Virus record (IMG/VR): IMGVR_UViG_3300042298_000319 | Span: 1,486-65,485 of that record | Length of the DNA: 64,000 nucleotides | From: a virus | Taxonomy: Duplodnaviria; Caudoviricetes | Direction: 5' to 3' (one strand) | Part shown: positions 35,585 through 45,554 of the stretch, piece by piece | Layout of the letters: each line of letters starts with the position of its first letter | Numbering within the stretch: the stretch's first letter is position 1 | The notes under the pieces: generated by a model | The model's database searches: none | What the model was told of the DNA's origin: nothing | What the model saw: only the letters and a program-made list of their open reading frames with translations | Position numbers and translations under genes: made by a program

Positions 35585-38417
35585 CGGAGCCAAAGAAAGA
35601 ACTTGGGATTTTTGTTTCAAAGACATAGCAATTTACGTTCATGTTTTTGTCTAGGATGCTAAACGCGCCCTTCCAACCAGAGTCCAAACGCATCTTCTTC
35701 GTCCCGACTAAGATACCTTTGTCCTTCATCGCCTTCTCAAACTCGCGTGAACTAAGTTGTTTCTCACCGAGATACTTTTTGAATTCGGTAGTGGAGATAT
35801 AGACGTGCCCGGTCGCAACGTCGATCCGCCCGACAAGTGATGCTCTCGGTTCATACGTAACCTTGCCATCATTAATCCCAAGAAAACCTGTATAGAACTT
35901 GTTGATGTATTCTCCGACGAGTCCTTCATAATCCATGTGCCCCAGTCTAACTACGTTGTCACGTAGGTTAATCATCTCATACAGCACGCGGTCATAAATT
36001 CGGTTCAACTCAAAGTCAATGATGTTGAACTCATTAGCCACCATGCCGCCTGTAAACACTGCGCAGATGTAATCTTTATAGAAACGATAGATGTCGTCTG
36101 CCCCAAAGTCTTTTTCAAACCTTGCCAGCCAGTACGCTATGCGGTCTAGCAAATCGTTCTCGCCTAGTATGTAAAAGCCCTGTACTAGTTTGATGCCAGC
36201 ATGACCGTAGTTATACCGTAGTGGGTCAAATATGCGGCGCCCCATATGAGGGTCTTCTATCATGGCGCGGGGCTTTTCAATCATCAGCTCAATCAACCGC
36301 GCCATCTCCCCGTTGGCGTAGCTCTTCTTCTGCATAATAAGATCAAGCATGGGTTGGTTGGATGTAAGCATCGCTATAGATGAGGCTACTAGCTCATGCT
36401 CCCGTTCAGCGTTGACCGATCCCTGCATCCTGATCTTGGCTTTACCCTGCGAGACTGCGTGAATAAATCTAGCCACCTCGTCTCCGGGCCTGTTATGCGC
36501 TTCGTCTAGTCCGTATGGGATATTTTTGAAGGTAACGTATCGCGTTATTAATCCATTCTGTGTCGCGTCCAGCACCCACATATCCTTCGGGTTCCCCCAT
36601 GTACTCAGGTTCGCCATGAGCGCACCAGTCTTCGCATTCCCCGATTCCCCGGTGAATGACAAAGTTACGCCACTTGTAGATGTCAAATTCATTAGCGGCG
36701 CGCCGAAGCCGGTAAGCGCACCAAGGGCGTGTAGCTCCATTGATGGTCGATTCAGCTCTTGCACACATTCTTGCCATTTTTCAAATGTCCCCTTTGGGTC
36801 AAACATCTTAGCCACGCTACGGATAATCGGCGCAACAGCCGCCTTCACAACAGTGCCATCGCGCTTAACCATTTGATTGCCAATAACAAACTCGTCACCA
36901 AAGCGTTTGCCGCCTTCAGTGACTTCTGTCCAGCCCATTTGCATCTGGACTATTTCTGCGGGAACCGTACTAGCTAAATACTTTCCCCATTTATTTAAAT
37001 ATCCCATGAGGTGCACCATCAAGTGAGGTAGTGGGATGATGTCGTGAAACAGCAAAGACTTCTTCAGCTCATCCGTTGACTGAAGAATCCTAATAGGCAG
37101 CAAAAATTCTTTTGGCGGGTCTTTGGGTAACAGCAGCCGCATCAGCATCAAAGCCCCGTCTGTCTTGCTGTAGAGCCGCTCTACCGGAAACAACTCGTGC
37201 TCGTAAATCAATATCGGGTCTTGCTCAATCTTGTTTCCCTTCTTATCTTTTTCAGGCGGTGGCTGGTAATAAATGCCGCCTCTCTCCGCTCTAAAGTACG
37301 GAAACAAGTACTGCGGGTGATCTGGAATTAGGCTCTTTGAAACAGCTTCGGTATCCTCGTCCTGCCGAACTGTGTCCGCCTTAGCGACTTTGATGATTCT
37401 TCCGAGGGCAAGAGGGTTAGTGATGCTTCCTCTGTGCTTGCAGTTACTACAGACATCGGGGTTGATGTTGTCAAACACTTCGCAAGAATAAGGCTTGCCT
37501 TGCCGCTGGTGTGCTTTCTTTTCTGTTTCTTCCCAACTATAGCCGGGGTAGTCGCAGGAGATTGCGTGGATTGCTTCATCTCTGTCGGTGCAGTGTTGTG
37601 CGATAGACAGCACGGCTGTCCATACTGGTTCAGGGAGCGTTTGTCGGTTCTCGATTGCCCACTTAATTTGCTCACACCCATCTCCTTCCATGCTACGGAT
37701 TGCGATCTTGTCGAATACCGTCTCGTAGTTGTCCATCTTCAGAAGAGCCCTAGTCTCTTCGTCAAGCCCTTTCGGAACACTCTTTAGGACATCAGCCGCC
37801 GCTATGTTAAATTCTTCTACGCCAAGAAACTCTTTAAACGCTTCAAAGGAGTAAGTGTGTATCTCGTCAGTCAGTACAGCAGTAGGTGACGGTGGGTCTG
37901 TCTTGTAATTAAACGTGTCAGGACAGCGCAGGATGCGTGAAACATCTGCGGTGACTACGGGGTCAATCTTTATGTGTTCAAGGCAGAACGCTTTGAACTT
38001 CTCAGCGTAAGGTTTCCACTCTGCTACGGGGATGTCTTCGTCGAAGAGCCAATAGGCGTGGACGCCTGTACCCGAATCGATAATGACCGGTGGAGGGAGT
38101 TCTTGTCCACCCACGAATCCCGATAGATGCTCAAGAGCTTCTTCTTTTGTTCCGTATCCTTTGCCATCTCCGACATCGAGATCGACGAAGAATGAACGTA
38201 GGTATTGCGCATCCTCTGCCTTTCTAGAATAACCTTCGAAGGTTGCAAGTGCCACATAGACATTATCTCCGCCCAACGAGAACTGTCGTGCAATAGTTTC
38301 AAGTTCATCAAGGCTCTCCGTAAACCTTTGCGTTATCTTGTGCGTCTTTGGATGGATTCGTGCCACACAATAGACGCCCTGCGAAGGCAATGCTTTCTCG
38401 TAAAATTGTTTTATCAT
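35562..38417 (-). CDS. Primase-helicase (N-terminal primase, Zn/PriCT-like region, DUF927-like ATPase)
   Basis: FFVDLDVG, SGTGVHAYW, RILRCP; GESGNAKT Walker A-like; LDE Walker B. Confidence 0.8.
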   Translation of the reverse strand: MIKQFYEKALPSQGVYCVARIHPKTHKITQRFTESLDELETIARQFSLGGDNVYVALATFEGYSRKAEDAQYLRSFFVDLDVGDGKGYGTKEEALEHLSGFVGGQELPPPVIIDSGTGVHAYWLFDEDIPVAEWKPYAEKFKAFCLEHIKIDPVVTADVSRILRCPDTFNYKTDPPSPTAVLTDEIHTYSFEAFKEFLGVEEFNIAAADVLKSVPKGLDEETRALLKMDNYETVFDKIAIRSMEGDGCEQIKWAIENRQTLPEPVWTAVLSIAQHCTDRDEAIHAISCDYPGYSWEETEKKAHQRQGKPYSCEVFDNINPDVCSNCKHRGSITNPLALGRIIKVAKADTVRQDEDTEAVSKSLIPDHPQYLFPYFRAERGGIYYQPPPEKDKKGNKIEQDPILIYEHELFPVERLYSKTDGALMLMRLLLPKDPPKEFLLPIRILQSTDELKKSLLFHDIIPLPHLMVHLMGYLNKWGKYLASTVPAEIVQMQMGWTEVTEGGKRFGDEFVIGNQMVKRDGTVVKAAVAPIIRSVAKMFDPKGTFEKWQECVQELNRPSMELHALGALTGFGAPLMNLTSTSGVTLSFTGESGNAKTGALMANLSTWGNPKDMWVLDATQNGLITRYVTFKNIPYGLDEAHNRPGDEVARFIHAVSQGKAKIRMQGSVNAEREHELVASSIAMLTSNQPMLDLIMQKKSYANGEMARLIELMIEKPRAMIEDPHMGRRIFDPLRYNYGHAGIKLVQGFYILGENDLLDRIAYWLARFEKDFGADDIYRFYKDYICAVFTGGMVANEFNIIDFELNRIYDRVLYEMINLRDNVVRLGHMDYEGLVGEYINKFYTGFLGINDGKVTYEPRASLVGRIDVATGHVYISTTEFKKYLGEKQLSSREFEKAMKDKGILVGTKKMRLDSGWKGAFSILDKNMNVNCYVFETKIPSSFFGSDGHGEAD

Positions 38418-38431
38418 ATCCGCAGAGACAG

Positions 38432-38456
38432 AAAGGGCAGAGCAAAAGCTCTGCCC
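38432..38456 (-). terminator. Hairpin/terminator directly upstream of the primase start
   Basis: Minus strand GGGCAGAGC-TTTT-GCTCTGCCC-TTTCT. Confidence 0.55.
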
Positions 38457-38478
38457 GGTTGTACAAAAGTGCCGTTAC

Positions 38479-38631
38479 TTAGGAGCAGAACGTACTGCAG
38501 TTATTCCCGTAACTATCGCAGCAAGTTGTACACATCACAGCACGTCCGTTGTAAAAGTAGCTGTGTGTGGTGCAGCCAGCGTAAGCCATGCCAGCAGAAG
38601 TTAACGCCCAGATTACAAATAGTTTTTTCAT
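38479..38631 (-). CDS. Secreted 6-Cys mini-protein (absent from ORF track)
   Basis: MKKLFVIWALTSAGMAYA|GCTTHSYFYNGRAVMCTTCCDSYGNNCSTFCS; ATGA overlap with the HTH gene stop. Confidence 0.7.
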   Translation of the reverse strand: MKKLFVIWALTSAGMAYAGCTTHSYFYNGRAVMCTTCCDSYGNNCSTFCS

Positions 38632-38939
38632 AGCGGTTGCCCTATCATGTTTTCGAGGTAGGCTTTAGCTTCTTTCAATGACTTAACAGGCAGATCACCA
38701 CTTGCTGTATCTTTCCTGAGCAAAGAAATCATAGCTAAAGCCAGCTCCTCGTTCTTACCCCGTAGAATCGCGCCCCTAAACCAATTATGTATTGTTATAC
38801 GAGACACGTTGAGTGCCTGTGCAACATACTTGGCTGGTAGATTAGCCTTCACACATTCTTGCGCCAGCATGACGCCAACACGATGGGTGTTCTTGCTAAA
38901 CACTTCATCAATAAATTCTTTGCTGTAAGGACGCGGCAT
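38628..38939 (-). CDS. HTH (XRE/Cro-like) DNA-binding protein
   Basis: AKYVAQALNVSRITIHNWFRG. Confidence 0.8.
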   Translation of the reverse strand: MPRPYSKEFIDEVFSKNTHRVGVMLAQECVKANLPAKYVAQALNVSRITIHNWFRGAILRGKNEELALAMISLLRKDTASGDLPVKSLKEAKAYLENMIGQPL

Positions 38940-38947
38940 TTTTCCTC

Positions 38948-39781
38948 TTATGACTTCTTAGACCATTTTTTGATGACATCAGACGCTTCAGTAGTCTGCA
39001 TCACCGGCTTTTTAGCGCTCTCGCGCACAGTCGGTTCAGCTACATCCACCGTAGCTTCTCCTTCCTTCTTCTTGTACACGGTCAACTTAATTGCTGCTTC
39101 AGCTGCCGCGCTCTTACCCTGCTGACTAATAATGTCAAAGTCTTTAGGATCAACTGCACCTGCTGGTGAGAACAACACTTTCGGGAACTGCACCTTAGTG
39201 TCGAACGCAACCTTCGTTACCACGCGACCTTTGGATACGTTGTTACTGGCAAGCATCCCAATGTACGACTTGAAAGGCCAGCGTCCGTTTTCCTCTTTGC
39301 CAAAAGTCGAAGCTGCGGGGATAACGAATTCCAGTACGTCACCACTTGGGTCTTGTGGTAGGACGACAGCTGTGCGCCATGACAGTTTACATTTCGCGCC
39401 AACACCGGAATCGTTCGAGCCCTTAGCTGAGTTCGGGCAAACATCGCACGTTGGAGCACAAGGGTGCTCAACATCATCGTCGGGCTTAACGGAGTCGTTT
39501 GACCAGCAGATCGGAGAAACGGTTTTTCCTTCTTCATACGTACCCTCGTAGCATTGACGCGACGCGCTGTGTGCCATACGAACAAAGATCACGTTCATAT
39601 GACGGTCTTCGATACTGCCTACTTCTTTGCCGCCTACCATCTTGCGGAACACACCGCCTTTGATAGACAGACGCTTAGTCTGATTACTACTACCACCCGC
39701 AACTGCGGCGGTATCTTCATCAATACCCGACTGAATGATTGACGGGAAGTTTGCTAGGATTGTTGCGAGTTCTGTACTCAT
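38948..39781 (-). CDS. Replication protein, possibly ssDNA-binding
   Basis: RLSIKGGVFR; CWS.D...PD; C..CP; position within the replication module. Confidence 0.55.
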   Translation of the reverse strand: MSTELATILANFPSIIQSGIDEDTAAVAGGSSNQTKRLSIKGGVFRKMVGGKEVGSIEDRHMNVIFVRMAHSASRQCYEGTYEEGKTVSPICWSNDSVKPDDDVEHPCAPTCDVCPNSAKGSNDSGVGAKCKLSWRTAVVLPQDPSGDVLEFVIPAASTFGKEENGRWPFKSYIGMLASNNVSKGRVVTKVAFDTKVQFPKVLFSPAGAVDPKDFDIISQQGKSAAAEAAIKLTVYKKKEGEATVDVAEPTVRESAKKPVMQTTEASDVIKKWSKKS

Positions 39782-39799
39782 AATTAACCTCAACTAAAT

Positions 39800-40204
39800 T
39801 TAACTAACACGGGACGTGGGCTTACGAACTGTGATGGTGAACTCACGCATCACATTCACTCCGGGCGGTAGTCCTTCATGATGCCGCTCAGACATGAATT
39901 CTTTAAAATTACCTTGATGCAAACGCGCTTCAAACAACTCAACTGCACCTGTCTCTAATACGAACTTGTTGAAGTTATCGCGGTCAGCGCAGGTGTAGCG
40001 TTCTTTCAATGACTTAATTACTGTGCCGCTGTCAGTGCGCAGACTCTCAACCTTCATGTCGTTACACCCTGCCAGCATCTCTTGTTCAAGGATCGCCATG
40101 TCAGCCTTCAGCTGCATGTCGCGTTCTTTGTATTCCGACTCGATCTTTTCACGCTCATTTCGAATAGTCAAGTAGGCTTTAACTAATTCATTCATATCCT
40201 TCAT
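39800..40204 (-). CDS. Conserved coiled-coil phage protein
   Basis: LVKAYLTIRN...PPGVNV...ITVRK. Confidence 0.7.
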   Translation of the reverse strand: MKDMNELVKAYLTIRNEREKIESEYKERDMQLKADMAILEQEMLAGCNDMKVESLRTDSGTVIKSLKERYTCADRDNFNKFVLETGAVELFEARLHQGNFKEFMSERHHEGLPPGVNVMREFTITVRKPTSRVS

Positions 40205-41786
40205 AGGTTTTTTCTCCTAGTTCTGATCTATACAGATCGATAAGTTTCTCGTGAGAATCAACTTTGCTTTGCAGCATCCGATACATCTTCCGTTCAACCT
40301 CTGAGCCTTGCAGGTGCACTACTGTCATACGATTCTTCTGCCCCACACGATCAATACGGGCAATACATTGCAGGTATGTTTCGACAGACATAACCGGCGA
40401 CCAGAAGACGATTGTGTTTGCAGCGGTTAACGTGACACCGTGTGACGCTGCTTGAGGCTGGATGACAAGCACTCGCGGTTCAGGCGTAGATTGAAATTTA
40501 TTAACAATCCTAGTGCGTTCATTGCCTGACACGCTTCCGTTAATAACTTCATTAGTGATACCGTTTTCAGCTAAGAATCTCGATAACATTTCGATAGTGT
40601 GCGTGAACGGTACAAACACCAGCACCTTGTGTTCTGTTTCTTCTAACACCTCCATAAGCGCGTTGAGCCGGGGCTTCACATCAAACTCCACTACCTCACG
40701 CGCATCTGAGTACACGGCCCCGCCCGCAACTTGCAACAGCTTGGATAGCTTCGCTGCGGCATTTACTGCGCTTATCTGTTCCCCCGCTGCTTGTACTAGC
40801 ATCTCCTCTTTCAGTGCCTTGTAGTACTTCGCTGCCTGTGGGGTCAGTGGTACTTCGCGGGTCTGATACAACACCTCTGGCAGATCAAGGCATTCTTCTT
40901 TTGAGAATCTGATAGCAGGTTGTAGCGCATGGAATACAGTATCTTTAGATGACGGCTTTGGTATCCATTTAAATCTAGTTAGCTGAGTCATGACCTTATC
41001 GCGCCACGCCGTCGCGTACTTAGGAACACGGTTCGGTGACACCAGCCGAGCCAGCCCAAACGCATCAAGCGGTGACTGAGAAGCGGGTGTGCCGGTCAAC
41101 ATCCAAAGCCTAGTCTCAGGCTTAATTAGTTTTGCTAACAACCGCCAGCGCACAGTGGACGTAGTCTTGTAGGCGTTAGCCTCGTCCACGATGATCAGGT
41201 CAAACCCCCCGCTGTTAATCTCATTAAATAGGATGCCCACGCCATCGTAGTTAACAACTATGAACTCGTAGTCTCCGCTGATTATTTTCTTACGCTTAGC
41301 GGCGGGGCCATACGCAATCCCTACCGTGCGGTGCATAGCTGCTTTGAAGATATCGGCTTGCCACGCCGAATACATAATTGTCAGAGGGCACACAACAAGC
41401 ACGCGTTTAACCAGCCCCAAGCTCATTAAATAGTCAGCCGCCCATATCATCGACGACGTTTTGCCTGTACCCGCTTCGTTAAAACAGAACGCGCGGCGCC
41501 TTACCGACATGAATGAGGCGGTAGTTTTCTGGTGGTCGAACGGTTTAAAGATGCCCGGCCAGCTATAGTCTTTGAGTATGGGTGATGGGATATTGTCGTA
41601 GCCGAAGGACTCAGCTAGAAAGGTAACCTCATCAAGCCCCCAGTTGACCAGCAGTTCGGTGTGGGTCTTGCCGCGATTCAATGCTGCGGACTTTTCGATG
41701 TACTTGAGAACGACATCTGCGTCCTCGTTAGGGGCGGTAAAACGGAGGGCGGACTCGTCCACCACTGTAAACTTAATCGTACTCAA
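40188..41786 (-). CDS. SNF2-family helicase
   Basis: EAGTGKT, VDEA, LTGTP, HGVTLT, QCIARIDRVGQ. Confidence 0.9.
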   Translation of the reverse strand: MSTIKFTVVDESALRFTAPNEDADVVLKYIEKSAALNRGKTHTELLVNWGLDEVTFLAESFGYDNIPSPILKDYSWPGIFKPFDHQKTTASFMSVRRRAFCFNEAGTGKTSSMIWAADYLMSLGLVKRVLVVCPLTIMYSAWQADIFKAAMHRTVGIAYGPAAKRKKIISGDYEFIVVNYDGVGILFNEINSGGFDLIIVDEANAYKTTSTVRWRLLAKLIKPETRLWMLTGTPASQSPLDAFGLARLVSPNRVPKYATAWRDKVMTQLTRFKWIPKPSSKDTVFHALQPAIRFSKEECLDLPEVLYQTREVPLTPQAAKYYKALKEEMLVQAAGEQISAVNAAAKLSKLLQVAGGAVYSDAREVVEFDVKPRLNALMEVLEETEHKVLVFVPFTHTIEMLSRFLAENGITNEVINGSVSGNERTRIVNKFQSTPEPRVLVIQPQAASHGVTLTAANTIVFWSPVMSVETYLQCIARIDRVGQKNRMTVVHLQGSEVERKMYRMLQSKVDSHEKLIDLYRSELGEKTYEGYE

Positions 41787-41811
41787 TTTAACCTCACTAT
41801 AAACTTAACGA

Positions 41812-41950
41812 TGCCCCTTACGGGGGCTAGTCGGTTAACTCCGTGCCGTAGGAGCACTACTCCGAAAGGGGGGCACTAGTTAACTGATGTGGTTTATTAG
41901 AGGGGGCAAACCTTCCAAAACCCCTCGCCCACTCACACCTTACGGCGGGA
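41812..41950 (-). ncRNA. Candidate multi-stem structured RNA upstream of the helicase
   Basis: Five or more stems; GUAA (x2), UACG and UUCG loops only when read on the minus strand. Confidence 0.5.
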
Positions 41951-41953
41951 AGA

Positions 41954-42265
41954 CTATTTCTTACGTTCTCTCTTGCTTACCTCAGACACTAACGCGCTTG
42001 AGGAACTACGTTTGAACGAACGATTCTTCGACGGTGACTGTACCATCACTCCATCTGCATTACTACCGCCTTTTGATAAAGCAACACGGTGAGCAATGTC
42101 TTTACCCTCTCGTGCATCAGCTTTACCGTTGCCGTTACCGTCCTTGCCTTTTTTATCCATTGCACGACGCGCGCGTTGACGCTCCATGCGATCAGGGTGT
42201 TCGCCTCTGGCTTTCTCCTGCTGATACTCTTTCTTGTACGGACGCGCTTTGTTTACGTATGGCAT
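41954..42265 (-). CDS. Small basic HNH-like protein
   Basis: GKDIAH..ALSKGGSN......S...NRS. Confidence 0.6.
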   Translation of the reverse strand: MPYVNKARPYKKEYQQEKARGEHPDRMERQRARRAMDKKGKDGNGNGKADAREGKDIAHRVALSKGGSNADGVMVQSPSKNRSFKRSSSSALVSEVSKRERKK

Positions 42266-42373
42266 CTTTAGCTCCGTGAATAAAATTGTTGTGATATTCC
42301 TCGTCAGATTCGTCAATGCAACGCCAATGAGTTGGCTTGCGGTTAATTGGGTTAATCCCTCTGCCAATAATCA

Positions 42374-43030
42374 TTATCTAGTCCTATGAAACTCGCACTC
42401 TGTTACAGGACACCAGCCACATAGCGGTGTCGGGTTTGGTTGCCACGTATCATTCTCAAACGACAACGCTAGGCGGTCCAAGTCTGGCGTAAAGTTATTC
42501 CACAGCTCATCAATCTGACTACGGTCGTATTCTTCTGGTATGAAGTTGTTGTGCATCACAAACAGCAGACCAGCTTTAATCTTCTGTACTTCAGGAAAAT
42601 GTGCAAACGTCATTAGCGCCATTAGTCGTAACTGTTTTAGATCAGGGTACTTGTCGCTCCCTGTCTTGTAGTCAACGATGAACGCTACGTCATCTGACAC
42701 AATCATTAAATCCACAATCCCCCGCACCCAGTAGCCTTTGCCGTAAGAGCAGGGTTGTCTGTTTATATCTAACGCCATTCGATATTCAGGATAGCGCGTC
42801 CCATCGATCTCAAGCAGCGGGTCAACCAAGGGAGCAAACCGCTTGTAATTGTGGGGTAACTCTGTTCCGTCCTTCGTGTAGTTCTCCAACGCTGTATGAA
42901 CTTCCGTGCCATAGAGCATTTGGTGTGTGGGCCTAATGTCATATCTCTTTAAAACTTTTACCTGTTGATATTGTCTTGGGCAATTAATGTACTGTTTCAA
43001 ACTGGAAAACGACCACGTAACTGAACTCAT
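42374..43030 (-). CDS. PD-(D/E)XK exonuclease (Cas4/RecB-like)
   Basis: SFSS....CP, G..VH..LE, RGIVD, VDYKTG, QL..., C.WCPV..C. Confidence 0.88.
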   Translation of the reverse strand: MSSVTWSFSSLKQYINCPRQYQQVKVLKRYDIRPTHQMLYGTEVHTALENYTKDGTELPHNYKRFAPLVDPLLEIDGTRYPEYRMALDINRQPCSYGKGYWVRGIVDLMIVSDDVAFIVDYKTGSDKYPDLKQLRLMALMTFAHFPEVQKIKAGLLFVMHNNFIPEEYDRSQIDELWNNFTPDLDRLALSFENDTWQPNPTPLCGWCPVTECEFHRTR

Positions 43031-43047
43031 AGGGGTACCTTTATTTG

Positions 43048-44928
43048 TTAACACTCTCCGTAACTATGCCCCCATTTTGCTTCACATGCAACAGGTAGAG
43101 TCGGAGCCCAGACCGGTGGTGTGGACATCTTTTCTATGACGAATTCCATAGCTGTTTCACGCTCCGCCTCCGGCACAACAACCACCGCTGCGTCATGCAC
43201 GGTCAGAACGACGCGATGCCTTTCATTAATAGCAAGCATCTGCTCCCCTACAACAATCCTAGCCAACGCTTGCACCACGTTCTCGACCACCGCCCCGCCC
43301 CAGATACTGATCTCTCCCTTGCGCGACTTGTACTTGTACTGAGACTTCTCCCCCTCAGTGTCATACCGCAGCTTCGGGTAACGGATAAACAAACCATTCG
43401 GCAGACATATACCCTCTTCCGTCACCTGCAACACCTCGTGCTGCCCCAGATAAAACGGATCAGACAGCGCGTCCCAGTTGGCTATTTCCCCTAACGCTTC
43501 GTCGCATTCTTTCCATAAAGAAATGATATTGTCGTTGACCTCACGATACAGATTTACTATCGCCTGACATTCTTCATCGGGAAGCTGGACGCTAATCGGC
43601 TGCGATGTCCCAAGCGTGTGCTGTAACTTTCTCCAGCCTGTGCCGTAGCCCAAACCGAGAACGCATGTCTTGCCAACGAATCGCTCTTCTGGGTTCTTCT
43701 TTGTTATGTCTCGGTTGTAGACTTTGGAAGCAAAGATTGAATATACGTCTTCGCCGCTGGCGAATTGTTGAACAACATCATCTTGTCCTGCCAACCAAGC
43801 CAGCACCCGTGCTTCGATCTGGGAGGAGTCGCAGTTAATGACCACGTAGTTGTCTGGTGGAAGTACGGCGTTCTTGAGGGTCTTCTTCTTTTTATCTCGG
43901 CTAGGAAGATTCTGGAAGTTAACTTTGTCTGAACCACTCCATCGTCCAGTATGTGCGCCGTAATATTTAAGGGGGATGGGTAGTAGTCCTCGATTGCGCT
44001 TTCCAATGTCGATGAATCGAGTGATGCGTGACTCTTCCAGAGTTGACTTAGTTCCAAGTCTGACTGCACACAGTTGCTGGACAAGTGTATTCTCGTGTTT
44101 CGACAGTTCGATAAAACCCTCGTCGTTCTTCGCCAATGCGAATGTCTCCTTGCCTGTGACTGGACTGAGCTTTCGTGGTACCTCCACTGGCGGGTCAAGG
44201 GATTCGAGGAGGGCAGCAAACTGCTTATTGCTTGCCAGCTTCTTTCTAACAGCTTCTTCATCATCGCACTTTAAATCCTCTTTTAAAGTAGCCAGCAGGG
44301 AGTTCTTCTCTTCCCGCAAGTCTTCTAGCCGTTGAACCAGCAACGCATCGTCAACCTGAAACACCGGCTCGATGAACATGCGTAGCGTCATGTCAATAAG
44401 TTTTACCTCATTGCCGGGGAACTGCGGCGCCATCAAGTGAAACAACTTGTAGGTTAGTTCTGTATCATTCTTGCAGTAGTCACCGTAGGCCGAGAGTTGT
44501 GCAGGAGTGAAGTCTGCCCTGCGCTTGCCCAACGCTTTGACTACCTCGTCACCCTTCTCACCAATCCTATATCGCTCAGCCAACGCGCTGAGACTACCGC
44601 CAGCATCCACACCGTGTAATGCTCTTGCCATGCACAGCGTGTCTAGATAAAAAGCGGGGCGAATACCGAACCGCCAACCAAGTATTGCCCCGTCGAAAAG
44701 AGTGTTGTGGCATAGAAGCGCGGAGTCTGACCAATCGGTTAGGTCAGTTAAGTGTTTCTTTAGTTCGTCGTGTGAACCAGAATACCAATACGCGGTAGCG
44801 TCATCGATCTTGATGCCAACCCCAATCTCTTCAAACTGCTTGTCGCGTATGTATTCCTCAGTAGTTAAGTTTTTAAACCCAAACCCCTCGGCGTAGTACG
44901 TCTCAAAATCAAGTGTTATTAGACTCAT
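43048..44928 (-). CDS. polA: DNA polymerase family A with 3'-5' exonuclease
   Basis: DFET exo I; HTGRWSG; DSSQIEAR motif A; R...K...LGLGYG motif B; TVHD motif C. Confidence 0.93.
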   Translation of the reverse strand: MSLITLDFETYYAEGFGFKNLTTEEYIRDKQFEEIGVGIKIDDATAYWYSGSHDELKKHLTDLTDWSDSALLCHNTLFDGAILGWRFGIRPAFYLDTLCMARALHGVDAGGSLSALAERYRIGEKGDEVVKALGKRRADFTPAQLSAYGDYCKNDTELTYKLFHLMAPQFPGNEVKLIDMTLRMFIEPVFQVDDALLVQRLEDLREEKNSLLATLKEDLKCDDEEAVRKKLASNKQFAALLESLDPPVEVPRKLSPVTGKETFALAKNDEGFIELSKHENTLVQQLCAVRLGTKSTLEESRITRFIDIGKRNRGLLPIPLKYYGAHTGRWSGSDKVNFQNLPSRDKKKKTLKNAVLPPDNYVVINCDSSQIEARVLAWLAGQDDVVQQFASGEDVYSIFASKVYNRDITKKNPEERFVGKTCVLGLGYGTGWRKLQHTLGTSQPISVQLPDEECQAIVNLYREVNDNIISLWKECDEALGEIANWDALSDPFYLGQHEVLQVTEEGICLPNGLFIRYPKLRYDTEGEKSQYKYKSRKGEISIWGGAVVENVVQALARIVVGEQMLAINERHRVVLTVHDAAVVVVPEAERETAMEFVIEKMSTPPVWAPTLPVACEAKWGHSYGEC

Positions 44929-45121
44929 TTTTAATTAGTTTTCTCATCTCTTCGTAGGCGTCTGCGCTTTGCTTGTGGGTTTTCGCTGTCATCATTTCGT
45001 GCGCTGCTTCGTACACACGCGCAAGCCCAATCAGTACAGCGGCGGCTTCAAGGTCGTTCTCATCGCGTGGCATCTCCTGAAAGTTATTGGCTAGACGGAC
45101 AGCTTGGCGGGCTAGTTTCAT
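44909..45121 (-). CDS. Hypothetical protein
   Basis: ATGA-coupled; GGAAG upstream. Confidence 0.55.
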   Translation of the reverse strand: MKLARQAVRLANNFQEMPRDENDLEAAAVLIGLARVYEAAHEMMTAKTHKQSADAYEEMRKLIKNESNNT

Positions 45122-45351
45122 GACGCTTCCATGCCGCATCGAATAACTGCATACCCTATATCCCCCATGTACCCGCCACAAAGAGAATCCCCGCTTCGCG
45201 TGTAGCAAGATATTTCGCCTTTATATATGCAGTCTTCTGGGTGTAAAGGGAATGCGCCCTCGGTACTGTTGGGGTAAGGTTTGATTGCTACTGGGCGGTA
45301 CTTGATTAAATGTATTTTGTTTTGATCGTCAGCGTATATTTCAGTAATCAT
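45118..45351 (-). CDS. Hypothetical protein
   Basis: TGATG coupling. Confidence 0.55.
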   Translation of the reverse strand: MITEIYADDQNKIHLIKYRPVAIKPYPNSTEGAFPLHPEDCIYKGEISCYTRSGDSLCGGYMGDIGYAVIRCGMEAS

Positions 45352-45554
45352 CACAGTTTCCTTTGGCAAGCAAATGCCTGTATGTCAACACGAAACGCAT
45401 TAGCGAACTTGCAGTCGCCAGCGATGCGCCCCTCAGTCTGAACAATTCCTATCCACATACCAAGTACAAACAGCATGATTGCAACGAATGACTTAGCCCA
45501 GACAGCGTTAAGCCACGCCCAGACAGCTTTGTAGTTGATAGTGTCGATAATCAT
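45351..45554 (-). CDS. Small membrane protein
   Basis: One TM helix; coupled ORF. Confidence 0.6.
   Translation of the reverse strand: MIIDTINYKAVWAWLNAVWAKSFVAIMLFVLGMWIGIVQTEGRIAGDCKFANAFRVDIQAFACQRKL

Noticed and set aside
41812-41950. tRNA or known ribozyme identity for the intergenic RNA
   Set aside because: No T-loop GTTCRA/cloverleaf and no hammerhead CUGANGA/GAAA core; kept as an unassigned RNA
42374-43030. cas4 as part of a CRISPR system
   Set aside because: Stand-alone nuclease beside polA, a common phage replication/recombination arrangement
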